Positions 39,214 to 49,119 of a stretch of DNA of 64,000 nucleotides are shown here, piece by piece; the stretch's first letter is position 1, and each line of letters begins with the position of its first letter. This stretch comes from Minisyncoccota bacterium (GTDB lineage Bacteria; Patescibacteriota; Minisyncoccia; Phycocordibacterales; UBA2100): NCBI GenBank assembly GCA_965267345.1, contig OZ253947.1, positions 489,964 through 553,963 of the forward strand. Direction: 5' to 3'. Below the pieces are notes generated by a model. The model did not search any database. It was not told the origin of the DNA and saw only the letters and a program-made list of their open reading frames with translations. Both the position numbers and the translations under genes were made by a program.

Positions 39214-39597
39214 TTAGCTATTGATTACTTTTGCGACATCGGCTTCTTTATATGAAGTGCCCTTGACCGCCTTTACATTGCGTGGCTCTTCAATTTCTTC
39301 AGGAAGGTCTTTGCTCATGTTACTCGCATGTACCTCATTAAAAATTGCTTCCATCTTGTCGGCAAGGCCGTACGCACCAATCGTACCGTACACTGTGTAG
39401 AGCACGTCGGCGAGCTCTTTTGCTACATCAGCAATATCCTCTTCTTTCTCCATTGCCTCAACTGCTTCCTCAAGCTCTTCGCGCATGAGGTGGATGCGGA
39501 TAGCACGCACGTCGTCGTCGACAAATCCCGGAGTTTCTCGCCACAGCGAGAAAAACTTGTCGTGAAAATCCTTCATTTGTGCAAGCTGCTTTTGCAT
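39214..39597 (-). CDS. MazG-like all-alpha NTP pyrophosphohydrolase
   Basis: EEL.E...KELADVLY..YG...F.EVHASNMSK. Confidence 0.88.
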   Translation of the reverse strand: MQKQLAQMKDFHDKFFSLWRETPGFVDDDVRAIRIHLMREELEEAVEAMEKEEDIADVAKELADVLYTVYGTIGAYGLADKMEAIFNEVHASNMSKDLPEEIEEPRNVKAVKGTSYKEADVAKVINS

Positions 39598-39599
39598 AC

Positions 39600-40934
39600 T
39601 TATTTCAAACCTGAACCAAAGAAAAAGCGTGTCCAGCCACGGTGTTCGTAGTCGCCAAGGGCAAGCAAGAATGTGCGACTCACAGTGATAGCGGTGAGCA
39701 TGCTGACGATGACACCAATGCCAAAGACGAGGGCAAACCCTTCAACAAGTGACGTACCGAACCAGAAGAGGATGACGGCGGTGATAATGCTCGAGAGGTT
39801 GCCGTCGCGGATCGCGAGCCATGCGCGGGCGAAGCCATCGCGGACGGCGTTGCGTGTCCACTTGCCTCCCGCCAGTTCTTCTTTGATACGCTCAAAGATG
39901 AGCACGTTCGCGTCTACAGCCAAACCAATCGAGAGAATGAAACCCGCAAGTCCTGCTGCGGTGAGCGTCACCGGAATAAGCTTAAAGATGGCAAGCATGA
40001 GCACAATGTAGAGTGTCAGTGACACCACCGCGATCGCGCCCAGAACGCGATACCAGAGAATGAGAAAGATCGCGACTGCGGTAAGCCCCCATAGTGCAGC
40101 CATAATGCCGTGCTCCAGTGTATCGGCGCCGAGCGAGGCACCAATAGTCTGACTTGAGAGCAGTGTGATTGGCACCGGTAGCGCACCGAAGTTGAGATTG
40201 CGCACGAGCTCGCGCGCTTCGTCAGGTTGGAAGCCGCCGGAAATGACTGCGGTGCCACCGTAAATCGGTTCGCGGACCACCGGCGCCGAAATGAGTCGGC
40301 CGTCGAGGAAGATGCCAAAGACGTCACCAACGTGTTCGGTGGTAAAGTCTTCAAAGATTTGTGCGCCTTCACTCGTGAAATCAACAACGACGAGCGGCTC
40401 GTTCGAGAGACCACCCTGCCCCGCTTGGCCGAACTGCAGTGTTGCGCGCTCAAGATGCGCACCGGTAAGCACCGCCGGTCCAAAACCATCCTGCGCATCA
40501 AGTGTGAGCTCGCCGTCTTCGAATTGCTCAGGAGTCACCGTCGATTCATTTGTCTGGAGACGAAACTCCATGACGGGCGTTTCGCCCAGCGTGCGAATCG
40601 CTTCTTGCGTATCGGTGACTCCTGGCAACTCGACAATGAGACGTTGTTGCGGGTCACCCGTGATGGCGCCACCCTCTTCCGTCTGGACGATCGGCTCGGC
40701 AACACCGAAGAGGTTCACGCGCTGTTCAATCGTATCGCGAAGCGCGGCCATCGACTGTTCGATGTCTGCAGGTGCGAGATTGCTGGTGTCGGCCTCGTAG
40801 ACAAGGTGTGTGCCGCCGGAGAGATCAAGTCCGTAGCGAAAGTTAAAAGCATCTCCCTGTTCAGTGCTGTAGATAAACCACCCTGTGGCTGCGCCGGCAA
40901 TCAGTATGGCGAGGGCTATGAGTCTGCTTTTCAT
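39600..40934 (-). CDS. secD: Protein translocase subunit SecD
   Basis: GLDLSGG, RVN.FGVAEP, GALPVP, AVDANVLIFERIKEE. Confidence 0.97.
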   Translation of the reverse strand: MKSRLIALAILIAGAATGWFIYSTEQGDAFNFRYGLDLSGGTHLVYEADTSNLAPADIEQSMAALRDTIEQRVNLFGVAEPIVQTEEGGAITGDPQQRLIVELPGVTDTQEAIRTLGETPVMEFRLQTNESTVTPEQFEDGELTLDAQDGFGPAVLTGAHLERATLQFGQAGQGGLSNEPLVVVDFTSEGAQIFEDFTTEHVGDVFGIFLDGRLISAPVVREPIYGGTAVISGGFQPDEARELVRNLNFGALPVPITLLSSQTIGASLGADTLEHGIMAALWGLTAVAIFLILWYRVLGAIAVVSLTLYIVLMLAIFKLIPVTLTAAGLAGFILSIGLAVDANVLIFERIKEELAGGKWTRNAVRDGFARAWLAIRDGNLSSIITAVILFWFGTSLVEGFALVFGIGVIVSMLTAITVSRTFLLALGDYEHRGWTRFFFGSGLK

Positions 40935-41025
40935 GTGTGGGCAGTATACCTATGCACAGGTGCGATGTCTATGGAACGAGTGCGGGCTGTTTCGAGTACT
41001 CGAAACAGCCCGCACTCGCATGCGA

Positions 41026-42378
41026 TTAACTTCCTTTGCTGGTGACAAGTGTGCGTATCGTTAACAGAGCAATATACACATCAAGCCACAAGCTGCGCTC
41101 TTTAATGTAGTAGAGGTCATGAGCAAGCTTTTCTTTTGTGATATCGACGTCGACACCATGGTGTGCGTGCCGTGCGTGAATTTGCGCCCAGCCTGAGAGT
41201 CCGGGCTTTACCACATGGCGTATGTTGTAGTGGCGGATGTGGGCACGATACTCTTGCACCAATGCGGGGAGCTCCGGCCGCGGACCAATAAATGAGAGCC
41301 TCCCCGTCACCACGCTCCAGAGCTGTGGTAGCTCGTCGAGGCGTGTTCGGCGCAAGATACGCCCCACGCGCGTGACCGCAAGCTTGCTGTCGAGCACGGC
41401 GGTGCCTGAGTCAGTACCCGTCATGCTGCGGAATTTATGAAACGCAAATGGGATACCCCCCTTCCCGATGCGTTGTGTGGTGTAAAAAATGGGCCCTGCA
41501 CTCTCGAGTTTGATTGCAAGAATAATAAACGGATACAGGGGCAGTGTGAGTATGCCGAGTACGAGCGCGCCAATGATATCGATGAGACGCTTACTTGCAC
41601 TATAGAGCATATGTTCATTCAGTGAGAGGTAGCGCAGCACCCAGCGCTCATCAATGAGCGTCAGCGGGAGTCGCTGGAATACTTCCTGATAGACATCGCG
41701 CACGTCAATAAATTCGGCACTCCGCTCGATGAACGTTAGGTCGTAAATATACTGGAGAAAATCGTCGAGTGCATGATTGCTCATGTCGGCAACAATCGCG
41801 TCGATGGTGCCGTTTTCAATTAGGGTACGTAGGGTGTGCTTCGCCTCAGCGGCCGAGGTGAGCTCGGGGTGAATAATCGCACGAAACTCAAGTGGATAGA
41901 GCGGATCACGATTCACTTCATCAGCGAGTTCGGTGAGCTCATGGCTGGTGCCGATAAGCACCGCGCCGATTTCGCGCCGCACCAAAATGTGCGGGTAGAT
42001 CAGCACGCGCCACACGTAGAGCAGTAGCGTTGAAACAACCAAGTAAATGACGAGTACCACTTTTGGTGTAATCTGGAAAAACGGAATGAAGAAAAAAAAC
42101 AGTACCGCTATGACGATGTTAATCGCCTGCGCGGCAAACAGGACGTTCGGAAGATTTCGACGGAACAAGAGCGTGTACCGGCCGTAGAGCCCCGCAAGAA
42201 AATACACGACAAACCATGCGAGGAATAGTACCGAAAATGAGACGAGGTGTACGAGTGCCGTGTTGAGTGCAGGCACTTCAAAATGTCGCACTGCGAGCGT
42301 GAGCCAGACCGATGCGTACAGCGCGCTGATGTCCCCGATAAGGAGCGTCAGGTACGCCTTTTTGCTTAACACATTCAC
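41026..42378 (-). CDS. Polyprenyl-phosphate sugar phosphotransferase (priming glycosyltransferase)
   Basis: KR..DI, KFRSM, R.TRLDELPQL, GPRPE, KPG.SGWAQ, DLYYI. Confidence 0.94.
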   Translation of the reverse strand: MNVLSKKAYLTLLIGDISALYASVWLTLAVRHFEVPALNTALVHLVSFSVLFLAWFVVYFLAGLYGRYTLLFRRNLPNVLFAAQAINIVIAVLFFFFIPFFQITPKVVLVIYLVVSTLLLYVWRVLIYPHILVRREIGAVLIGTSHELTELADEVNRDPLYPLEFRAIIHPELTSAAEAKHTLRTLIENGTIDAIVADMSNHALDDFLQYIYDLTFIERSAEFIDVRDVYQEVFQRLPLTLIDERWVLRYLSLNEHMLYSASKRLIDIIGALVLGILTLPLYPFIILAIKLESAGPIFYTTQRIGKGGIPFAFHKFRSMTGTDSGTAVLDSKLAVTRVGRILRRTRLDELPQLWSVVTGRLSFIGPRPELPALVQEYRAHIRHYNIRHVVKPGLSGWAQIHARHAHHGVDVDITKEKLAHDLYYIKERSLWLDVYIALLTIRTLVTSKGS

Positions 42379-42468
42379 ACCAAACTAGTACCACACTTAT
42401 ATTCTTGACACAATAGATTTACATTGTCTTGTTGTTTCAGTGTTATTTTGTGGCTCTATTGCAACGTT

Positions 42469-43659
42469 TTATGAGCGCGTGCTGCCAAGTCCGACGAACT
42501 CGCGCTGGGTATCTTCTTTGTGCACCACGCGCGCATAGCGATACATGCTCATGAGCATGCCCAGTGCCGCAAACTCGGTCACCAAGTGCGAACCGCCATA
42601 ACTCATAAACGGCAGCGTCACACCTGTCACCGGCAACAGGCCGATATTCATACCTACGTGTACCGTAAAGTGACTCAAAAACAGTATGGCTAACCCGAGC
42701 GCAAAGAGCGTCTCGAAGTTTGTCGCGCCGATGTGTGCGTGAGCAAGGATGCGCCAGAATAAAATACCAAACAGCGCAAACAAAAGCACAACGCCAATGA
42801 ATCCCCACTCTTCGGCAAAGGATGCGAAGATGAAGTCGGTTTCGTACTCGGGCAAGAACTGCAGCTTACTCTGGGTGCCGTAGCCAATTCCCTTACCCAA
42901 GAGCTGACCAGAGCCGACGGCGATAGTTGATTGATATGCGTTGTATCCTGTCCCCTGCACGTCAGCAAGTGGATGCAAGAAGGTGATAATACGCTGCTTT
43001 TGGTACTCTTTCAGCAACGGCTCCTGCGTGTCGAGTGCATGATGGAGCGGGGCGAACCATAAACTCAAGGCGGTAACGGTGCCGAGCACCATCACCAGTG
43101 CAAAGTGCTTTTTTGAAATGCCTGAAACGAGTACCATGCCGAGCCACACAAAGAAAATCATAATCGCCGATCCAAAGTCCGGCTGCAGTGCAATAAGTAC
43201 AAACAGTGCAAATGCGTACGCGCCCGAAACGAGAATGTGTCGTATGTTAGCGATGGCAATATGACGCCGCGTGAAATACTTCGCCAACAGTGCGATGATG
43301 ACAATTTTTGCGGGGTCTGCCGGCTGCAGTGCAAAAAAACCGAGATCGAAACGACTCTGCGCACCTTTAACGACATCACCAAACACAAACACCGCGATAA
43401 GGGCAAGTGCCGTCAGTGCAAAAAGCAGTACGACAATACTCGTACGCCGCAGGAAGCGAAAATCAAGAAGGCTGAATAGGACGAACACGCTGAGGGCCAC
43501 CGCGAGCCAAATGAGCTGCCGCTCAAAAAAGATGTTTTCGCTGGCATACGAATGCATGGTGACAATACCAGCAAGCGTAATGAGTACCGCACTGCCAACG
43601 AGCGGCACATCAAGTGAGTGCCAGTAGTGGCGCAGCGAACGAAAAACCCCAGTGTGCAT
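42469..43659 (-). CDS. rodA: SEDS protein, rod shape-determining RodA
   Basis: LQPDFGS, GYN..QS.IAVGSG...GKG, FLPE..TDFIF..EE.G, GVTLPFMSYGGS; start re-called to MHTG. Confidence 0.9.
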   Translation of the reverse strand: MHTGVFRSLRHYWHSLDVPLVGSAVLITLAGIVTMHSYASENIFFERQLIWLAVALSVFVLFSLLDFRFLRRTSIVVLLFALTALALIAVFVFGDVVKGAQSRFDLGFFALQPADPAKIVIIALLAKYFTRRHIAIANIRHILVSGAYAFALFVLIALQPDFGSAIMIFFVWLGMVLVSGISKKHFALVMVLGTVTALSLWFAPLHHALDTQEPLLKEYQKQRIITFLHPLADVQGTGYNAYQSTIAVGSGQLLGKGIGYGTQSKLQFLPEYETDFIFASFAEEWGFIGVVLLFALFGILFWRILAHAHIGATNFETLFALGLAILFLSHFTVHVGMNIGLLPVTGVTLPFMSYGGSHLVTEFAALGMLMSMYRYARVVHKEDTQREFVGLGSTRS

Positions 43660-43669
43660 ACGGGCGACT

Positions 43670-44446
43670 CTAGCGTGGGTTCTCGGGGAGTGCAAGCGGC
43701 ACAATATCAACGCGCGTCACCGGTGTGCCAAAGGGTGCAGGCCACGTGAATACAATTTGTTGCTCTGCTCCACCGGCAATCGTTTCGACAATCGTTCGTG
43801 ACGAGCCGACGGCGTTGCCGTCGCTATCGAATACAGTGGCAATAACGACCACATCGTCTTTTGTACGCACGTTAGTGTTCTCAAGGATTGCGTCGACCCG
43901 CGGCGCAGTATTGCCTTGGGTAAATCGCTCGCCCTTAATCCGAATCCCTGCCGTCGGATTTTCCATACGTTCCCAGACGAGATCGTCAACGAATGCGAAG
44001 AATGTGCGTGCAGGAATACGCTCGCCAGTGTCGATGCGTGTTTCAAAGATTGGGAACACTTTTCCGGGAAACAGCGGCACACTCCCGTACCGCTCAGCAA
44101 TGAGTATGTTGTCTTTGTCGTAGAGTTTAAATTGGTATGCCGCACTGTACACGCCCGCACTCGTGTTCGGATTTTCAATGTAGGCAACCGCATTATAGAA
44201 CCCTTCACGTACCAAGAACGAGCGCGCCCAGAGTACCGCGTGCGGCTGCAAGTACTGTTCATCAAGCAGCTGGCACGGCCCACCGCGATCAATGGCCGTT
44301 TCATTTTGGTTCTGGATACCATCAAAACAACTTGCGGGTTCGTGCAGTGCAAAGAAGACGAGCGGTGCAATAATAGCGACGAGTACAAAGAGAATGCTCC
44401 CTGCGTACATCATTTGCCGACGACGTGCCCATGCTGACCTTGCCAT
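43670..44446 (-). CDS. Conserved CPR-type membrane-anchored hypothetical protein
   Basis: N-terminal TM, CFDG.QN..E..ID.GG.C motif, beta-rich domains. Confidence 0.75.
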   Translation of the reverse strand: MARSAWARRRQMMYAGSILFVLVAIIAPLVFFALHEPASCFDGIQNQNETAIDRGGPCQLLDEQYLQPHAVLWARSFLVREGFYNAVAYIENPNTSAGVYSAAYQFKLYDKDNILIAERYGSVPLFPGKVFPIFETRIDTGERIPARTFFAFVDDLVWERMENPTAGIRIKGERFTQGNTAPRVDAILENTNVRTKDDVVVIATVFDSDGNAVGSSRTIVETIAGGAEQQIVFTWPAPFGTPVTRVDIVPLALPENPR

Positions 44447-44458
44447 AGTAGTTGACAG

Positions 44459-44498
44459 TATACCAAAAACACCCGCGATACGCGGGTGTTTTTGGTAT
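44459..44498 (-). terminator. Terminator of the 23S-5S unit
   Basis: TACCAAAAACACCCGCG-ata-CGCGGGTGTTTTTGGTA. Confidence 0.8.
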
Positions 44499-44508
44499 CA
44501 AATACTCT

Positions 44509-44620
44509 GTGTTGGCGCCTACCTACTCTCCCCAAAGAATGAGTACCATCGGCGCTAGTGGGCTTGACTGCCGAGTTCGGAATGGGATCGGGTATACCCC
44601 CACCGCCAAAGCACCAACAC
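44509..44620 (-). rRNA. rrf: 5S rRNA
   Basis: CCCGAUCCCAUUCCGAACUCGGCAGUCAAG...GCCGAUGGUAC...GAGAGUAGG; terminal helix. Confidence 0.96.
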
Positions 44621-44687
44621 ACAGTATTCGAACGCATATGAAGCACTCTATACGAGACCCGATCCTCCTCACAATGAAGATCAGGCC

Positions 44688-44759
44688 TGGTCGCCGAGGG
44701 AGGGTTCGGACCTCCATCAAAGGGCCATGCCCAATGGTCTTACGTTAAACGACTCGCCG
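44688..44759 (-). ncRNA. Degenerate tRNA-like element with encoded CCA in the 23S-5S spacer
   Basis: CGGCGAG UC GUUU AACGUA AGAC C AUUGG GCAUGGC CCUUU GAU GGAGG UCCGAAC CCUCC CUCGGCG A CCA. Confidence 0.8.
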
Positions 44760-45128
44760 TATTCCCATACAGAATACTTCATGTAATCAATAGCACTGAA
44801 ATCGACATGCAAGGATTGCTTGGTTAAAGCAGTTAGAGAACTCCTTCCAGGAGGATTTCCTTGGCGAATTAGTACACCTCGGCTAAGTGCGTCACCGCAC
44901 GTACACCTGGTGCCTATCAACCTAGTCATCTCCTAGGGGCCTCAAATGATTCCTTATCTTGAAGTTGGCTTCCCGCTTAGATGCCTTCAGCGGTTATCCA
45001 TTCCCGACATAGCTACCCTGCGTTGCCACTGGCGTGACAGCAGGTAGACCAGAGGTCAGTTCATCCCGGTCCTCTCGTACTAGGGACAAATCTTCTCAAG
45101 AATCGACGCCTGCAGCGGATTACGACCA

Positions 45129-45165
<37 letters not shown>

Positions 45166-45797
45166 TTTTTAATTGGCGAACAGCCAAACCCTTGGGACCT
45201 TCTCCAGCCCCAGGATAAGGTGAGCCGACATCGAGGTGCCGAACACCGCCGGCGATATGGACTCTTAGGCGGTACCAGCCTGTTATCCCCAGGGTAACTT
45301 TTATCCGTTGAGCTCCAGCTGCGTCTAAAGCAAACTGTCGGATCACTATGTTCCGCTTTCGCGCCTGCTCGACACGTACGTCTTGCAGTCAAGCTCTCTT
45401 CTGCCATTACACTATCGGCACGGTTTCCATCCGCGCCTAGAGAACCTTTAAACTCCTCCGTTACTTTTTAGGAGGATAGCGCCCCACTAAAACTACCTGC
45501 CAGATACTGTCTCTGAGAGGTTTTTCCACTCAGGTTAGAAGACGCACATGTAAAGGATGGTATTTCACTGGCGACTCCACAACTCCCAAAAGAATTGCTT
45601 CAACGTCTCCCATCTATGCTACGCATTACACACACGCCCCCAATATCAAGCTGTAGTAAAGCTCCTGGGGTCTTTCCGTCCTGCTGCAGGTAAGCGGCAT
45701 CTTTACCGCTATTGCATTTTCACCGGGCTGTTCCTCGAGACAGTGCTCCAGTCGTTACGCCATTCGTGCACGTCTGAAATTACCAGACAAGGAATTA

Positions 45798-45836
<39 letters not shown>

Positions 45837-46543
45837 CGGGGCTTACATAGCCCAGCACACAAAGTAAACTTCGTGCACCATCCATGCTTAACCTTCCGGC
45901 ATTGGTCAGGCGTCACCCCCTATACATCCTCTTGCGAGTTCGCAGGGAGCTGTGTTTTTGGTAAACAGTCGCCAGAGCTCTTTCGCTGCGGCCTACTCTT
46001 CCGAAGAAAAGCAGGCAGACCTTATCCCTAAGTTACGGTCGCTTTTTTGCCGAGTTCCTTGAGGAACTTTCACCCGTTCGCCTTAGTCTTCTCGACTCTA
46101 CCACCTGTGTTGGTTTGCGGTACGGTCTCCACACTGTTGAAGCTAAGAGGCTTTTCTTGGAGGGCTCTTCATACAAATCCGTGCACGCGAACGTACACGT
46201 TTCGTCGGTTCTCGAGAGTGTATGATACGCGGATTTGCCTACGTATCCTCTCTTAGAACAAACAACACCAATCCAATAAGATGCTTGTACCTGTGTCCCC
46301 CGTCACCCCATCGCACAGTGCGCAGGTTACGGAATATTAACCGTATGTCCATCGCCTCCCCCGTTCGGGATCGGCTTAGGCCCGACTAACCCTGAGCTGA
46401 TCTTCATGGCTCAGGAAACCTCGGTATTTCGGCGTGTGGGAATCTCACCCACAATGCGGTTACTCGTGCCAACATTCTCACTTCCAAATGCTCCACCGTG
46501 GGTCACCCCTTCGGCTTCAGCGCGAATGGAACGCTCTCCTACC

Positions 46544-46708
46544 GCTCATGGACTTCATTGAGGAGGCAAGTTTCCTTGCCTGATGTTGCGTGTGGCTCCC
46601 ATGACAGGATTTGAACCTGTGACCTCTGGAGTAACGTCCAGCGCTCTATCCAGACTGAGCTACATGGGTCTATCACACAAAAGAACATCCTCAATGAAAT
46701 CCACAAGC
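46544..46708 (-). other. 23S helix-45 intervening sequence (21-bp closing helix) carrying a tRNA-like element
   Basis: Sits between ACCGAAACUGCGG and GGUAGGAGAGCGUU (E. coli ~1165-1185); arms 46688-46708 and 46544-46564 pair 21/21 including G-U. Confidence 0.9.
46593..46669 (-). ncRNA. Pseudo-tRNA (Asn-like) with encoded CCA inside the 23S rRNA gene
   Basis: ACCCAUG UA GCUC AGUCUGGAUA GAGC G CUGGA CGUUAC UCCAG AGGUC ACAGG UUCAAAU CCUGU CAUGGGA G CCA; 6-nt anticodon loop and A1:A72 mismatch. Confidence 0.9.
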
Positions 46709-46766
46709 CCGCAGTTTCGGTACGATACTTAACCCCGATCATCTTCGGCGCAAGGTCTCTGAGTGA

Positions 46767-46817
<51 letters not shown>

Positions 46818-47386
46818 CACTGTCTGTGAAACCTCACCTCCTCGCTTGTACTGAGTATCGATTTAGGGACCTTAACTGGCGATCTGGGCTGTTTCCCTTT
46901 TGAGCACAGGAGCTTCGCCCCCTGACTCTAACTGCCACGTTTTTAACTACTGGTATTCGGAGTTTGATAGGAGTGACGAGCTTTCGCCCTATTCACACCT
47001 TCCAGTGCTCTACCCCCAGCAGGAACACGTGACGCCAACCCTAAAGCTGTTTCGGAGAGAACCAGCTATTACCAAGTTCGATTAGCTTTTCACTCCTTAC
47101 CACAAGTCATCCGAGCGCGTTGTACGACGCAACGGTTCGGGCCTCCAGAGGTCTTTCGACCTCCTTCACCCTGCTCATGGTAAGCTCACCTGATTTCGGG
47201 TCTCATGCATACGACTATGGACGCGCTATTCACACTCGCTTTCGCTCTGACTCCACCCGACAAGGGCTTAGCCAGCCATATGCATGAACTCGTTGGCTCA
47301 TTCTTCAATAGGCACGCCGTCGAGGTGCAAGACCTCTTCGACTCCTTGTAGACACATGGTTTCAGTTCTATTTCACTCCCCTCATC

Positions 47387-47429
<43 letters not shown>

Positions 47430-48051
47430 ATCTGAATGAATATTTAGCCTTACCGGTCAGTTCCGGCAGATTCACTCGAGCTATTCGTGTCTCGAGCTAC
47501 TCAAGAGTAACAACCAGAGAGGTTGTAGTGTTTTCAAGTACGGGGCTATTACCCTCTGGGGCTCTGCTTCCCAGCAGATTCCTCTAACACACAACTTTGT
47601 AACTCTCCCTGCGTAAACGCAGCGTCGTTATCTTACAACCCCCCTCTGTAAACAGAGAGGTTTGGGCTTCTTCCGTTTCGCTCGCCGCTACTCAGGAAAT
47701 ACCATATTGGTTTCTGTTCCTCTAGGTACTAAGATGTTTCAATTCCCTAGGTACACCCCTTACATCAAGTGCAAGGTCATCGAGGGTTACTCGATGGGGT
47801 TCCCCCATTCAGACATCTCCGGATCGAAGGTTGTTTGGCACCTCCCCGAAGCTTATCGCAGCCATACCACGTCTTTCATCGCTTCATTCAGTCAAGGCAT
47901 CCACCATGCGCCCTTAATGGAATCTCCTGTGAGGAGTTCCACTAACCGCTTTAATTTTTATGCATGTGTGTTTCGCACGGAAAGACCGAGGTCGGCTAGA
48001 CCTCATAATCAAACGAAACACACGTCCTGCATGTCGATTTCAATGCTATTA

Positions 48052-48230
48052 AATTGTCAAAGATCATTCTGCGTGTTTTCTGTACATCCACGAGCGGCAC
48101 TAAAAATGACCGCTTGAGCGCGGCCCTTCGAGTGCTTTCAAAAAAAGCCCTCTACGGACGCACGCTTTTCTTGGACAAACTACTCATAAACACGTGGGCG
48201 CTATTATATAGAGCCGCGCTCAAAAGTCAA
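48052..48230 (-). promoter_or_regulatory. 23S-5S promoter (TTGACT-16-TATAAT) and boxA-like element
   Basis: -35 at 48225-48230, -10 at 48203-48208; GAUCUUUGACAAUU at 48052-48065. Confidence 0.75.
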
Positions 48231-48318
48231 CAAAAATGCCTGTTTCTTCCGCATGCAACTGCACCACAAAACACCCCGCTTTTCAGCGGGGTGTTTTGCA
48301 ACAAGATAAGCACGTCGC

Positions 48319-49011
48319 TTACTTCTTGTCGTGGCGAATCTCTTCGCGCAGCTTCTCAATGTAGCGCGCTGCTGCTTCCTGCCCACCGAGTCCGAACGCG
48401 AGTCCGAAACCGAGTGACAGTGCCACAACGACACCAGCAAAGAGTGTCTGCACAAATGCAGCCCCGACACCCAACTGTGCGAGTGCCACGAGGAATGCAA
48501 AGATCCAGATTGACCACTTTGCGACACTTCCGAGGAAGTGTGCGCTGTGCATGTCTGCGGCGCGTGCTGCACCGGCAACCAAGTTCTTCACGAACTCAGC
48601 AAGTACTGCTGCAATCAGAAGTACCAAGACCGCAACAATCACCTGTGGGAGGTAGACGAGTACCACCTCGCGCAGGAAGACGCTCACCAAGTCGAGGCCG
48701 AGTACCTCAAGTGATGCCATCAAGAATACGACGATGACGAACCACTTTACGAGGCCACCAAGCAGCCCTCCCGCACTCAAGCGGAAGCCGCCGCGGTTGA
48801 TTGCCTCTTCAAAGCCGGCACTGCGGAGTGCGTTGTCAACTTTCAGCGCATCAATAATCTGCGCGACAACACGGCCAAGAATGGCACCAACGACCCAACC
48901 AATGATGAAGATAAGGATCGCCGCAGCGATACTTGGAAGGTAGACGATGAAGTTCGTCCAGACATCTTGGAATGACTGCTGAATAGCAACAGTCCACGAT
49001 TGAATCAACAT
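48319..49011 (-). CDS. TM-helix-repeat (CmpX / MscS TM-like) membrane protein
   Basis: Two repeats of YLP.I..A.L...; AFGLGG motif. Confidence 0.85.
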   Translation of the reverse strand: MLIQSWTVAIQQSFQDVWTNFIVYLPSIAAAILIFIIGWVVGAILGRVVAQIIDALKVDNALRSAGFEEAINRGGFRLSAGGLLGGLVKWFVIVVFLMASLEVLGLDLVSVFLREVVLVYLPQVIVAVLVLLIAAVLAEFVKNLVAGAARAADMHSAHFLGSVAKWSIWIFAFLVALAQLGVGAAFVQTLFAGVVVALSLGFGLAFGLGGQEAAARYIEKLREEIRHDKK

Positions 49012-49119
49012 AACGATATCTTTTGCCTAGGCGTTATATCAAAACTAGTAAGTTGTACGTACGACCTACCTTAATGATAGCATCGCCGTTTTGTATGTAA
49101 GAGGGTGCTGTGGAGAGCG

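Noticed and set aside
46539-46742. 67-aa ORF spanning the 23S insertion as a possible intervening-sequence protein or homing endonuclease
   Set aside because: It starts in conserved rRNA sequence, has no LAGLIDADG, GIY-YIG or four-helix-bundle features, and the region is explained by RNA structure.
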